A DNA stretch of 64,000 nucleotides, taken from NCBI GenBank assembly GCA_964016885.1, contig OZ024742.1:44206001-44270000 (forward strand). The letters run 5' to 3'. This DNA comes from Eledone cirrhosa (lineage: Eukaryota). The notes under the pieces are model-generated. The model did not search any database. It was not told the DNA's origin and saw only the letters and a list, made by a program, of their open reading frames with translations. Below are positions 15,555 through 28,208 of the stretch, piece by piece. The stretch's first letter is position 1; every line of letters starts with the position of its first letter. Made by a program: the position numbers and the translations under genes.

Positions 15555-15930
15555 GGGGTTCCTCTGAAGGTATTTGGAGTTACGTTACTCGATAGAGTGC
15601 GTAGCCTGGGGATCAGTCGCTCCAGGTAGAGCCGCTACTTCTTGGAATTTGAGATCACAGCTCTGATACTTCGGGCATGTGGTTAGGATGCCTCAGGAAA
15701 GAATCACTGGACAGATTTTACAGGCAAAACCAATTGGCAGGGGACCCAGGGGTAGACCCCGAGCAAGATGGTTGGATAACATTGATGAGCTTAGCTGGTC
15801 TTACTTGGGGATCTAGCCGGATCAGTTGGAAATAGTTGCTTCTAACAGGACCTACTGGAAGGAGTGTTTAAGGACTCTGCCTCCACAAACCTCTCAGGAA
15901 TAAGTGAGTGAAGAAGGAGGAGGAGGAGAA
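15555..15930 (+). mobile_element. 3' end of a second RTE-clade LINE family
   Basis: Decayed 'FGHVVRMPQERI..QILQAKPIGRGPRGRPRARWLDNI' reading; reverse-complement homologue of 20925-21290. Confidence 0.8.
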
Positions 15931-16229
15931 TTTTTATTATTAAGTGGATGTTGTGATATTATTATAACAAAAATTTCTTGCTCATAAAATTACGACAGAA
16001 GGTTTTAATATTAGGTATAAACATTTTAAAATTGCAATTTTGTATCATAAAACCAGGGCAGTTTCAGATGGGTTAGTATTAAAAGGGTTAATTTTGGTTT
16101 AATTGAAATTCACTCACTATCAACTTGCATTTTCAAGTTAAACAGTGAGTTTCACGTTATCATTGTACCCTTTTCATGCCAATTTTATAAATATTTGCAG
16201 AATCTTCATTTAAAACTTTTTTCGAATTT

Positions 16230-16700
16230 TTTTTTTTTTGTAAATTTACATACTGTTTTCTTATTCCACATTTATACAAGTTTTACTAATGCAGGAAATT
16301 TTGTTGATACAAGCTTATCTCCACAAACGTGACATTTGTTTTTATTAATACACTTACATCATCTAGATTTCCTTTTCTTTTCATTTGTTTCCATTCATCT
16401 GAAATTTAGAAATAATTTTGAAATACTGAATGAATTCAATGCATAGATTAAGTTTCAAATCACTTGATTGAAAATATTCTAATACTTTTATTTGATATTT
16501 AGATAACTGCATACTGTCTATGAGTCTCATTAGAATAATATCTTCTGCAATTTGTCCTTTAGTTCCAGTCTTATCAAATTTAGAAAAAACAAGCTGTCTC
16601 ACATCTCTGAAAACAACTTTGAATAAATTCAATCAGATTTCGATGTTAGATGATTTTGACCCTTTTAGAAATTATCAATTTCTTTTTGGGGAGTAACTGA
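16230..16700 (-). pseudogene. Decayed Ty3/gypsy-like gag with zinc-knuckle remnant
   Basis: QIAEDIILMRLIDSM..YQIKVLE..SDLKLNLCIEFIQ followed by frameshifted KCHVCG..KFPA..KTC..CG, resembling a gag capsid plus CCHC knuckle; no LTRs seen. Confidence 0.5.
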
Positions 16701-17153
16701 TGGCATTATTGCAGATTTTATGCTACTAAAATTAGCAGCGTCTTGACAGAGTTGTTTGAGCATTACATTAAATATTTCATGGTATTTGTTTCTGCTCTCT
16801 GCACTCTGAATCCAAATTCTGCTGAGGTCAACATTCCCTTTTGTCCTTATTATGTTACCAGTCCAGGTCAGTGGATTGGCAGAATTGTTACTGTTGGATG
16901 AGATGCCTTGCAGGATTGCTTTCAGCCCTTTCTCGTCTTAGTTTGCCTATGATGATGCTAGAGATGGGAGATTTGTATGCATGAGCGACTACTGAACTTC
17001 CACCACTTATGTTCCAAACATCTTAATAATGAGAAAATTATTAAATCCATCCAAATTCTTGATTCTTTTCAAAACTATTCAAATATCATAGGCAATGTCT
17101 TTCATTAGAAATATGGTAATGAAAGGGTTAAAGCATTCAAGAAACCTCCTATG

Positions 17154-18904
17154 CAGTGGCATAATTAGGGATTTTGCACCCGGGGGTCAGCTTGAACTTT
17201 GCGCCGTCCCCATCCCCCAGTAATTTAAATGACATGAAAAAACATGAATATATGATCTAAAATTATTTTAATAAAATTAATATGGAAAAAAGAGTAAAAA
17301 AATATATTTACAAAGGGATCTTTCTAGCTTTAGCTGATGCAAATTGATCGATTATTTCATCAAAATCGGTTGCGTTTGTTTCTTCGCGTTCTATGCTGAG
17401 GATGGCAAGATCGCACAGACAGCTTTGAGACATTGATGTCCGTAAATATGATAAGATGAGGTTGAGCTTGCTAAAGGATCTCTCACAGATTGTGACGGAA
17501 ACGGCCATTGTTAGCAGTATCTGTAGACCGTTGCACAAATTCGGAAATACACTGTTGTCTCCGTATTGAACAATAAAATCCAGGAGGTGTTCTGGTCTTG
17601 AGACTGAAACATTAGTGCGGGTTGACAACAACGCCCGACGGTCAACAATTTCTTCAAAAAGCTCCTTGCCGTCAATGTCAGCATTGTAGTGATCAGCTAA
17701 TGAAGAGCACTTTTATCGAAGTGCGAGGTCGTCTGGAAAAGGTGGATAGCACAGAGAGTGGACATCGAGGAGGAAGCCAAACTTCACGTCAATATCGTTA
17801 AGATGGGCGAATCGTAGCTGCATTTCTGATTGAATTCGAAGGAGAAGAGTTTGCATGACTGTTTTTACTTCACTGGCTGGTGATAGTAATTCATCTTCAG
17901 AATTATCTGAAAGCTGCCGTCTTGGCCTTCCGCGACGTTTGCTGATGTCAATGTCCCAGCGTTGACTTAACTTAATGCCTTTATTAAGTTATTGCTGGGC
18001 AATAGTACTTCCATTATCTGCGAAATACTGCTGGAGGGGTTTGGAAGTTCATATTCCAAAATCCAAGCAACATGAAGAAGTGGAAGACAAGCATTTGGCT
18101 TAAAAGATGTTCTGCATCACTTCGTGTGTCGGATCTCTCCTCATTATCCTCTACCAACTTTTGCAGAAGCTCGAGGATTTCATTCAGAAAGTTTGCAAGA
18201 TGCTTTACAGCATCTGGTGTTCGATGGAGATTTCAGAACGAAAGGGATTGCTTGCTTTAACTTTTTCCAACGCTGTGTTGATCGCGAAAAGAACGCAAAC
18301 AATGACTTGATGACGTTGAAAAATGACATAACTTTGAAGCTACTCTTTGCTGCGGTGAAACCAACGACGTTAAATGAATGGTTGTCACAGTTAACAAATA
18401 TCGCCTTTTCGTTCAAATTCGTTCAAGTTATAGAGCACAAACAATTGATGGGCTAATGTATTGAGCAATGGAAAACATAAGTTTTTGTTCATGCACAGTA
18501 AAAAAGAAAATAATTTACTCATTTCAAAAGGAACTTATGGAGTAAGAGCACACAACCGCACAGTGAAAAACTGTTCTTGCAAGTGACTTGCAACCACATT
18601 TGGTAGGAGGTTCATTGAGCTGATTTATTCCTGTTCATTCATGCTATACGTACAGTGTACAGCCAAGACTGCACACCACCCTCAAAGCGCCCCCTGCTCT
18701 GTCAAAAAAAAACGTCTAGGCATGCCTAGTGTACAGTGTAATGTACACACACGTCACGCGCGAAAATGCGGGTATACTGTTTTCAAAATTTGCTGCAAAC
18801 AATCTTGCTTCAATTTTTAAGTCAACAATCTTGGTCAGTTTTGCGCCCCCCATCAAAACGGCGCCTGGAGGCACGTGCCCCCTTTGCCCCTCGTTTCGCC
18901 ACTG
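17154..18904 (-). mobile_element. Internally deleted hAT transposon (ZMYM1-like transposase remnants with C-terminal dimerisation domain)
   Basis: Perfect 8-bp TSD CTCCTATG (17146-17153, 18905-18912); imperfect TIRs starting CAGTGGC; ORFs 17308-17631 (FPNL..LQILLTMAVSVTICERSFSKLNLI..YLRTSMSQ) and 18180-18416 (FVNCDNHSFNVV..STQRW). Confidence 0.93.
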
Positions 18905-19430
18905 CTCCTATGTAATGCAAACTTGTAGGAGACCAGTTAAACTTGCATAGGTGTGAGCTGTAAATTTCACTTCATTCTCTGGTTTTACAAGTCATGAAGA
19001 ATCTGCATACTGCTAAAATTAATTTCTTAAATTTCCATTACAGAAATTTTTTTGTGTGACCATCCTACCTGCTTTAGAGAAAAATAAATCTATTTGCTTC
19101 TTTTTTTTTTTATATAGTTTTATCATTAGTGTTCAGATGTTCTTGATTTTGCAGTAGCAACAAACGCTGCAGCTAAACCTCTGTCATATGAATCTGGGTC
19201 ATTGTCGTGTTATACAATATTTATCTAAGTAATGTCTGTTGCATACAATCCTTTGTCTCAGGAGGCTTTGTTCAACTGAATAGGCAAGTACCTGGTTTTG
19301 AACTAGTAACCACCTTAGACTTAATCATATGTAACCATTTAAAAATGTGTGCAATGCTACAATATTATTATTATACGCAATGACAAAATATTTAAATGTT
19401 TGAGATGTTTCTGTTGAAACTGTTGTAGTC

Positions 19431-19477
<47 letters not shown>

Positions 19478-20924
19478 TATTTGAAGAAACATTCCTTATT
19501 ATGGATGGTATTTAACACAATTATCATTTTTCACAATCACTCTATACAAAGTACAGAACCCAGTGTTTCAGTGTGGGATGCATGTTTTTGGTGTGCATGT
19601 CTTTGTTTATTCTTAGTGCAAACTAACAACATACTTAGTATTCTCCCTCTTCCCTTCTTGAGACATCCCTCCATCGAAGGTGATGCATTTCTGCCTTTTC
19701 TAATAACTAAAATATATGCGGTTCGCCATACCTGCATACTCATAGATTTCTCCACTAACTGGAGCAGTTGTGAAACCTATTGTTGAGTTAATGGGTGATT
19801 ATCTGTAAATCACTAATGTTCATGACACCGAGATCATTTAATTAAACTGATGATCGTTGCATGAACTACTGTTTACTACGAGTCAAGCAGGACTTTTTTT
19901 CATCAAGGCTTTCTCCTGTAGATCCAACCTGTTCTGCTAGATTATCCTATGATAGCCATATCAGAGACACCTCATGTACGATGTTGCTTTTTGCCATGCA
20001 GGTCAGCCTTCGAACTGAGAGACGCTAGGTGCTCAGCTTGAATGAGCATATATTGTGCATCATCAGTTCACTGAGTGGCATGTTGAGCAGTCACTGGAAC
20101 ACGCAAGGATGCCACAAAAGGTCATCCAGTGTCAACCAGTGAAATATACTACAGCTCTACACGCTCTTAAATTAACATATATATATTTACACACCCACAC
20201 AATACATACATACATGCATTCTATTAGATGGCTGTTGACTCACATGAGTTCCTCTGGTTTTTGCCAGGTTTTATTTTTCATCCTGTAGGGTGTCCAAAAT
20301 CACCCTCCTCACCAAGCAAACTTTGTGGGGTTTCTGGTTTAGTCGCCAATGACTCGACTGGGTTACATGTTGCCTGTAGCACTCAAGAGAGACATTACTA
20401 TATTTATCTAGACTTAGTGTAATGAGCCCCAAATAATTTTAACTTAGTGGAAATTACATTTGTAATGATAAATCATTAGCATCAATAATTCCTGTGAAGA
20501 GTCTTCAGGGAGAAATTTTGTAATTCAAATTGGTTAAGCACTAAACAAATGCAGTGGGGGATGGGCCTGATCTTTTATTGTTGCAAGGACAACTCTGGTC
20601 TTTTGATACCAACCTAGCCATGACTTGCTCTTGATCTATGAAACAAAACCACCCATTTTAATTAGACTTTTCCAATATAATTTTAAGATACTATGTTAGT
20701 AATGAAATAATTAATGGTTTTAGTAAATACTTTGAAATTCCTTATTAATTAATTGAAATAAATTATATTTCATCAGAAGTATGGCACATGAAAAGGATAA
20801 CTCTGCATTAGATAGACATTCTTATTCTGATGTTAAATAAACAGAAAAATATTTGACCCAATTAAATAATAAATACACAACATGTATTAGAAGATCTAAG
20901 ATAAGTTTAATGTTGATGTAACTA

Positions 20925-22540
20925 TCTTCTCTTTTCTTTGCCCACTTATTCCTGAGAGGGTCATGGGAAAAGAGTCCTCAAACACTCCTTCCAGCAGGTC
21001 CTGTCAGAAGCACAACCATCTCCAACTAATCCAGCTAGATCCCCAAGCGAGACCAGCCAAGCTCATGGATGTTTTCCAACCATCTTGCTCAGGGTCTACC
21101 CCTGGGTCTCCAGCTGGTTGGTTTTGCCTGTAAAATTTGTTCAGCGATTCTTTCCTGAGATATTCTAACCATATGCCCATAGAATCATCAGAGTTATGAT
21201 CTTTCAATTTGGAGAAGTAGCGGCTTTACCTGGAGTGACTCTCTGATCTCTGAGCTACGCAGTCTATCGAATAACATTACTCCAAAGAATATTTGGAGGA
21301 TATTTTTGGCCTCTTGTATTTGCTATCATATTCTTTCGATCATTACTTAAAATTCATGACCATAGGTATGGGTTGGCACGACTACCAAACTAAAGATAGC
21401 GAGTTTGGCTTTTACACCTACCTCCCTTCTTCTGATTACCGAATGCTAAAGCTGGTGCATTACTGCACCAGTTCTTGCAATTCTTGCACTTAATTCAGCC
21501 TCCTGTCTTCGATCACTTATGAACACGGGCCCCAAGATACTTGAGCTTCTCCCCCTGCTTCAGTGGAACTCCATTCACATGTAGAGTGCACTGCACAGGC
21601 TTCTTTGAGAGAACGAGTGTCTTAGTTTTCACAGCACTGATTTTCATTCCAACCATGTAGCACTCAGCATCAAATCGGAGATCACCTTTTGTCGAGTTAA
21701 GTAACACCATATCACATGCAAATTCCAGCAGACTGATTTTACATCTGCTAGTCATGACACCACTTCCAACTGGGCTGCACATGTCAATCCTGATGATGTA
21801 AATAATGCACAGGAGAGTTGACAGTATGCATCATTGGGGGAGTCCGACTCCCACATTGAAGGGTTTTGATTTGGCACTATTTATCAAACACTAATACTCG
21901 GGCATTCATATAGAGATATCAAGGCAGCTAGAAGCCGATTATTGATCCTGTACTCTTGCAGAACCTTCCACAGCAGGTCCCAAGGAATGCAGTCATATGT
22001 CTTTTTGAGGTCTACAAAACAAGAATATACCTCTTGGCGATACTCCCATGATTGCTTGAAGACCTGCCGCAATGTGAATATTTGGTCGGCTGTGCTGCAT
22101 TGATGGTGAAAACTGCACTGTTCATCAGCTAGCTTGGGCTCCACAATCTCCCTGCCAGACACTGCATCTCTTTGCCAGACACTTAGCATAGACTTTACCA
22201 GCCCTGATACTGTAGATTTGGTGGGAGGATGGAAACTCCACTATTCAGGTGTGATGCCAGAACTGACTGCACAAGCAGGAGTGGTGATACAGCTGTCAGA
22301 ATGTGTTATGGACTGGATCACATTAGGAGGGAGGATTTGCCTCTTGAAGCTTAGGCTAAAAGATAGGTCTCTGTAGGTGGTGCAAGTTTATGCACCAAAC
22401 AAGGAGTCCGAATGCAGATCCTTCCTTCATGAAGTCACTGCATCATTAGGTGTAGTTAAGACTGAGTCATATATCCTGATGGGAGACTTCAACGCACATG
22501 TTGGCACTAATGACCTGACACGGAAAGGCATGATTGATAT
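20925..22540 (-). mobile_element. RTE-clade LINE remnant with an inverted endonuclease segment
   Basis: Minus-strand RT fragments (DQIFTLRQVF..CFVDLKKTYD; KLKYLG) at 21004-22200; plus-strand APE fragment (WKLHYSG..VVQVYAPN..LMGDFNAHVG) at 22200-22540. Confidence 0.85.
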
Positions 22541-22643
22541 AACTATAGTTTTTTAATTTTAAGCCTCACTGTGACAAATAACTGTAAACCGGCTTTACTA
22601 TTCCCTCAATATACCCCCCTCCCCCCAAAAAATTATATATATT

Positions 22644-22983
22644 GGAGGCACATGGCTTAGTGGTTAGAGCATTGGCCTTGCAATCGAAAGGTTGTGAGTT
22701 CAATTCTCAGACCGGGTGGTGTGTTGTTTCCTTAAGCAAGACACTTTATTTCACATTGCTCCAGTTTACTCAGCTGTAGAAATGAGATGATAGGGACTGG
22801 GGTCCCTATCATTCCACTGCATAGTGGTCATGGAGGTGCCACGGCAAAAAAGCACCCAGCACTCACTGTAAATGAGGTTGGTGTTAGGAAGGGCATCCAT
22901 CTGTAGAAATCAAGCCAGAATCAGTTGCCGTCCCACTCTTGCAAGCAGGGAAAAAGCGGACGTAAAATGAAATGATGATGATG
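22644..22983 (+). mobile_element. tRNA-derived SINE with CORE-like body and RTE-derived tail
   Basis: A box TGGCTTAGTGG, B box GAGTTCAATTC, TCCTT.AGCAAGACACTT body, tail shared with the RTE 3'UTR, (GAT)n end. Confidence 0.9.
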
Positions 22984-25651
22984 AAAAGAGATTGCCTGTA
23001 TGCATATCAGAGATTGTCTCTTAATCAGAAAATTTCTACTGTGATTCTGCCTGCAGAGGGAGCTTCTCTAACCCAATGTTTATGAAAAGGTTAATTAATG
23101 AACACAAAAGAATATTTTTCTCTGCATCTGTGGTCAATAGTTTGAACAACTTTTAAAGCTATCAATATGATTGAAAGAAATTGTGTTGCTATGTGCTTAG
23201 GTGTGTGTTAATGTATTTATATACGTGGATGGTCAATATTTGAATGTATTAACCACATATCAAGAGAAATATTTTAACTATTGTAGCCATCAATATCTGA
23301 AAGAAATGGTGTTGCTATGTATCTAGGTGTGTGTGTGTGAGAGAGATAGAGCATTATCATCATCACCATTTTACATTCAGTTTCCATGCCAGCATGCATT
23401 GGACAGGTCATTATGTTCTAAAACTAGACAGGTCAAATGACCATGTCTTGCTCATACATTCCATTTTGGCATGGTTTCTACTGCTATACACCCTTCCTAC
23501 TGAGTACATTTTATCATTGCACCAACACTGTCACTGCTGTGATTCTTAATATATTTGGTCAGCATTTGAATGTATTTTATACTACTAACTAATCTCACCA
23601 ATATCTTGAAGCAATGAGGAGCCTGGAGGCTTGGTTGTTTGAATTGCTAGAAATAACTGCCAAACATCTCTTGATTCACATCCTACCTTCTTAAAAAGAA
23701 CACATTAGACAATATAATCCCACTTAGACAAAAAGATGGGATGGGTGGTCATGGTTGAGTTGTAGTTACCACCTCCCTATAATCTGAAAGAAATTGAGTT
23801 ACTATGCCCTGTGTGTGCGTGTTTCTCAATATATGTAGCTAATATACAACTAACTATTTTAGCCATTGATATCTGAAAGATAGTGTTGCTATGTACTTAA
23901 TTGTGCAAACATATTTCTGTCACATTTCACTTTTTGTTTAACTGATTTAATTTTATTTTTGTATAACATCGCTCATCCTGTATATATACAAATGACAGAT
24001 AAAAGAATAAACAATTTCTTGAATTATTAATAAAACATTTTGTATTATTATTCTGTTTTGTGAATCACTGATAACACTTTTGTTCTTTCTAACTTTACAG
24101 TTTGTGAGATTATATTTATTATTATTTAGTTAGCGAGGAGAGGGCAGTGCCCATTACTGTTTTCTGGACCTCTGAGATTGCTTGCAATAGTGGATTTTTG
24201 AAAAGGCACGAAGGTGTTAAACTGAGCATTAAATTAAGTCTGTCACCCTAGTTGACCATCTTGGGAATTGAACTCAAAATACAAAGAGCTAGAACAAATA
24301 CCATAAAGCGTTTTGTCTAACTCTCTAACAATTCTGTCAATCCACTGCCCTGGATTGGCATTTCATTTTCTTAATGAAGGAAGAAAAGCAAAATTGATCT
24401 CAGTGAGATTTAAACTCAAAGCACAGAAGGCTGAAACAAATATCAGACAGTATTTTGTCAAGAACAGACTGCAGAAGAAGCAATCAAGCTAATGAATAGA
24501 TAAAAAAACAGAGGCACAATTTTTTGGTCCTTAGATGTGTTGAATGTGTATGGCATATGGTAATAGTCACATTCAACTCTAACTTCTAAACATTATTTAA
24601 AGTGACTCGATGTAATCTTTTCATAATGGGTTACATAATAACTGAGGTCAACATCTTGTGTTCCTAACAGGCAATGGTAATTAATAGACTAAAGCATCAG
24701 TAATTAGTCTAATATGAAAGATTATATTTCTGTTCATACACAAGATGTACTTCTGAACTTTGTTACGGAAAACAGCTTATGCAATACCGACTGCTATCTC
24801 TGTAAATAATTACATAGTGATGAAAGCTCTACAGGTTCACTTAACTGCTGTCATGTTAGTTTAGCTGTGCTCTTTAGTATTGGTTATTCATATATATTAA
24901 TGAAGATATGGAGGTCTGTGGCATAGAAGTTAGGGTGTTGGGCTCACACTCACTCATAGGTTTGATCTCTGGACTGGACAGTGTGTTATGTTCTTAAGTG
25001 TGGCAGTCCAATCCAGTGAAAATGAATACTAAGAGCAGCTGGAGTTAACAACTTTGTGATGGATTGGTGCCCATCTACTTTGTCACTTAATGCCACGTGA
25101 AACCGATATAAGCTACAGCCTTCATCCAGCCATTACAAACATGGAAGAATGGATGTAAAACATGATGATGAATGAACACATTTCAGTTATAAAGGTTTTA
25201 ATTAAAACATTTCATTTTCATCAAAGAATCTAAGAAAATCAGTCATAGCTTCTACAGTTACACTTCAGTGATTTGTCTATATGTAATGTATTTAGGACAG
25301 CCAGTTGCATAGAGTAATGTAGGTTAAAATAAATTTATTTTTTATGTCCACTTTTCCTTACTGGCATGAGTTAGAAGAGAGACATTTTCGAGGCAGTTTT
25401 TCTGCAGTCATATGTCATTCATGATGTCAATTCATACTATATGCTGAAGTATAGTATATGCTGTTAAGCTTTGTCAAACTGCTTAGTTGCAGGTCATTTT
25501 GTTTACATAACATATTAAAAAATAGCATTTGTTATTTTAAATGGTGTCTGTATGAAGATGTTTGGTGTGATTGATACACACACACATGCATTATATTTGT
25601 GTGTGTGTGTCTGTATGTATGTATGTATATGTATATAAATCTCTCTATAAT

Positions 25652-25986
25652 GGAGGCACATGGCTTAGTGGTTAGAGCATTGGCCTTGCAATTGAAAGGT
25701 TGTGAGTTCAATTCTCGGACCGGGTGATGTGTTGTTTCCTTGAGCAAGAGACTTTATTTCACATTGTTCCAGTTTACTCAGCTGTAGAAATGAGATGATA
25801 GAGACTGGGGTCCCTATCATTCCACTGCAAAGTGGTCGTGGAGGTGCCACGGCAAAAAAGCACCCAGCACTCACTGTAAATGAGGTTGGTGTTAGGAAGG
25901 ACATCCAGCTGTAGAAATCAAGCCAGAATCAGTTCCCGTCCCACCCTTGCAAGCAGGGAAAAGCGGACGTAAAATGAAATGATGAT
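25652..25986 (+). mobile_element. Same tRNA-derived SINE
   Basis: Near-identical to 22644-22983. Confidence 0.9.
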
Positions 25987-26125
25987 ATAGATATGTATTC
26001 GACAGGCTTCCCCACAGTTACCAGTTACCAAATTCATTCTCAAGGCATTGACATCAAGGTGCTGTGCAGTGGGCTTGTACCCCCAAATCATGTGTTTGTG
26101 AAATAAACTTATTAACTACACAGCT

Positions 26126-26820
26126 ATCTAAACTATAATAAAGGAAGGTCTGCGGGACTGTGTATGGTTTATTTTTTTTCATCCCGTTAGTAAAATAAGT
26201 TGGATTAATTTGAATAAATAATTGTTTCTACTTTTGGCACAAGGCCATCAAATACCCAGTACATTACTGGTACTTTATTTTATCGACCCTGTAAGGATGA
26301 AAGGCAAAGTTAACCTCGGCGGGTTTTGAACTCAGACCGTAAAGGGACATAACTATGCTGGAAGTAATGAATGAATATTACATAATTTATCTACTAAATT
26401 TTGTAAACAAAAATAATTTCGTAAAAATAAATAATTTAAAATTGACTTCTTTTCAAAGTTGCACTTCCGGTATATTGTTGCCACCACCACCACTTCAACT
26501 ACCATATATATAGAAAGAGAGAGTGTGTGATGTCAACACTTCCGGTGGCGATCACTTAAATAAACATACTAATTTTCTGTCACTAATTTTCTACTAATGC
26601 AGTTTATATATAATATTGTATTTTTTTAATGTATCATGGATTACGTTACTGATTACATAAGACAGTGAAACACAGTCTTCGTTCAATTTCTGTTTATATT
26701 GTCAATTACGATTTTATTTGATGTATCATATCTACATGTATATATACTTGCGTATAATATCAATATACACACTACACATGCTAGCAGAAAATCACCCAAA
26801 GGGTGGTTTTTCTGTTAGTG
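26126..26820 (-). repeat. Copy 2 of the inverted duplicated promoter-like segment, carrying a SINE fragment insertion (about 26220-26364)
   Basis: Reverse complement of 7978-8444; two CACTTCCGG motifs; terminal hairpin CTAGCAGAAAATCACCC-AAA-GGGTGGTTTTTCTGTTAG. Confidence 0.7.
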
Positions 26821-27839
26821 TTTATAACACTTATAGGGTGAACTGAGTGCTTTTTGTCATGGCACTTGTAGTATCAACTTACAGAATATAAACTGTCAGC
26901 TTTAGCATGGGGTCAACTTTGTCATTCATTGAGGTGAGTGGTGGTGGTCAATGAATGAAATACCAGTTTGTGGGAGGGTATTGGTAGAGCATTGGACAGG
27001 ATATCTTGCTGTATCTGTTTTAGCAGGTTGAATAACTGGGGAAGCTGGGGGTTATGGGCACCCAGATTGCTTCAAGATATTGGTAGTTTTAATAGTTAGT
27101 AGTATAAAATTCATTCAAATACTGGCCAAATATTTTGAGAATGATGCCAGTAGGAAGGGTATGCAGCTGTAGAAACCATGTCAAAATGGGACAATGGATT
27201 TGGCATTTATGAGTGTTATTTTATTGATGCTTATTTATAATAAGTGTATTTTTTGTTTATAGTAGCAGGAACAACAAAAGTAAACATTTAAGATATCGAG
27301 AAAGTATGGTCACATGAAATCTATATATATATATCTCATTGTTTCATCATATTTCCTTCATACAATAGTGTTTATTGTAACACTTGATATGAAGTATCAG
27401 AATGTAATTGTAAACCATGGTTTTATTGTCATTGCTTACATTATGCAATTGAATCTGTAGCATTTTTGTTCTGTCTATAAGTATGCATGTGAGTGTGTGT
27501 GTGCGCGTGCGTGTGCATGCGTCCATAGGTGACTATACATATGGTGTGAACAGTTTAGTTGAGACTTGCTGGGTAAAAAAAAGGTCAGTAGGTTAGTAGT
27601 GGAACATATCTCAACAAATTCAGTGGGCTTCAAATAGCAGGATTGGTAGAGCGTCAGACAAAATAGACTTTGGTATTTGGTTATGTCCCTTTATGTACTC
27701 GTCAACTTTCATTCTTCTAAGGTTGAGTAAATATATAACACTATGGGAACAATATTATCCACATAATTCTTGAAGGTGATGCCCAATAAGCAAGACCAAA
27801 AATTATGTGTGTGTGTGTGTATTTATATATATATATATA

Positions 27840-27869
<30 letters not shown>

Positions 27870-27870
<1 letters not shown>

Positions 27871-28204
27871 CATCATCATCATTTTACGTCCGCTTTTCCC
27901 TGCTTGCAAGGGTGGGATGGGAACTGGTTCTCGCTTGATTTCTACAGCTGGATGCCCTTCCTAACACCAACCTCATTTACAGTGAGTGCTGGATGCTTTT
28001 TTGCTGTGGCACCTCCACGACCACTTTGCAGTGGAATGATAGGGACTGGGGTCCCCCTATCATCTCATTTCTACAGCTGAGTAAACTGGAGCAATGTGAA
28101 ATAAAGTGTCTTGCTCAAGGAAACAACACATCACCCAGTCTGAGAATTGAACTCACAACCTTTCGATTGCAAGGCCAATGCTCTAACCGCTAAGCCATGT
28201 GCCT
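27870..28204 (-). mobile_element. Same tRNA-derived SINE
   Basis: Reverse complement of the 22644 family. Confidence 0.9.
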
Positions 28205-28208
28205 ATAT

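Noticed and set aside
19500-20150. Possible exons (107-aa and 77-aa ORFs)
   Set aside because: Look like heavily decayed LINE 3' sequence; no convincing motif or splice structure.
22644-22720. tRNA gene
   Set aside because: Has A and B boxes but no acceptor stem, and continues into a SINE body; five copies.
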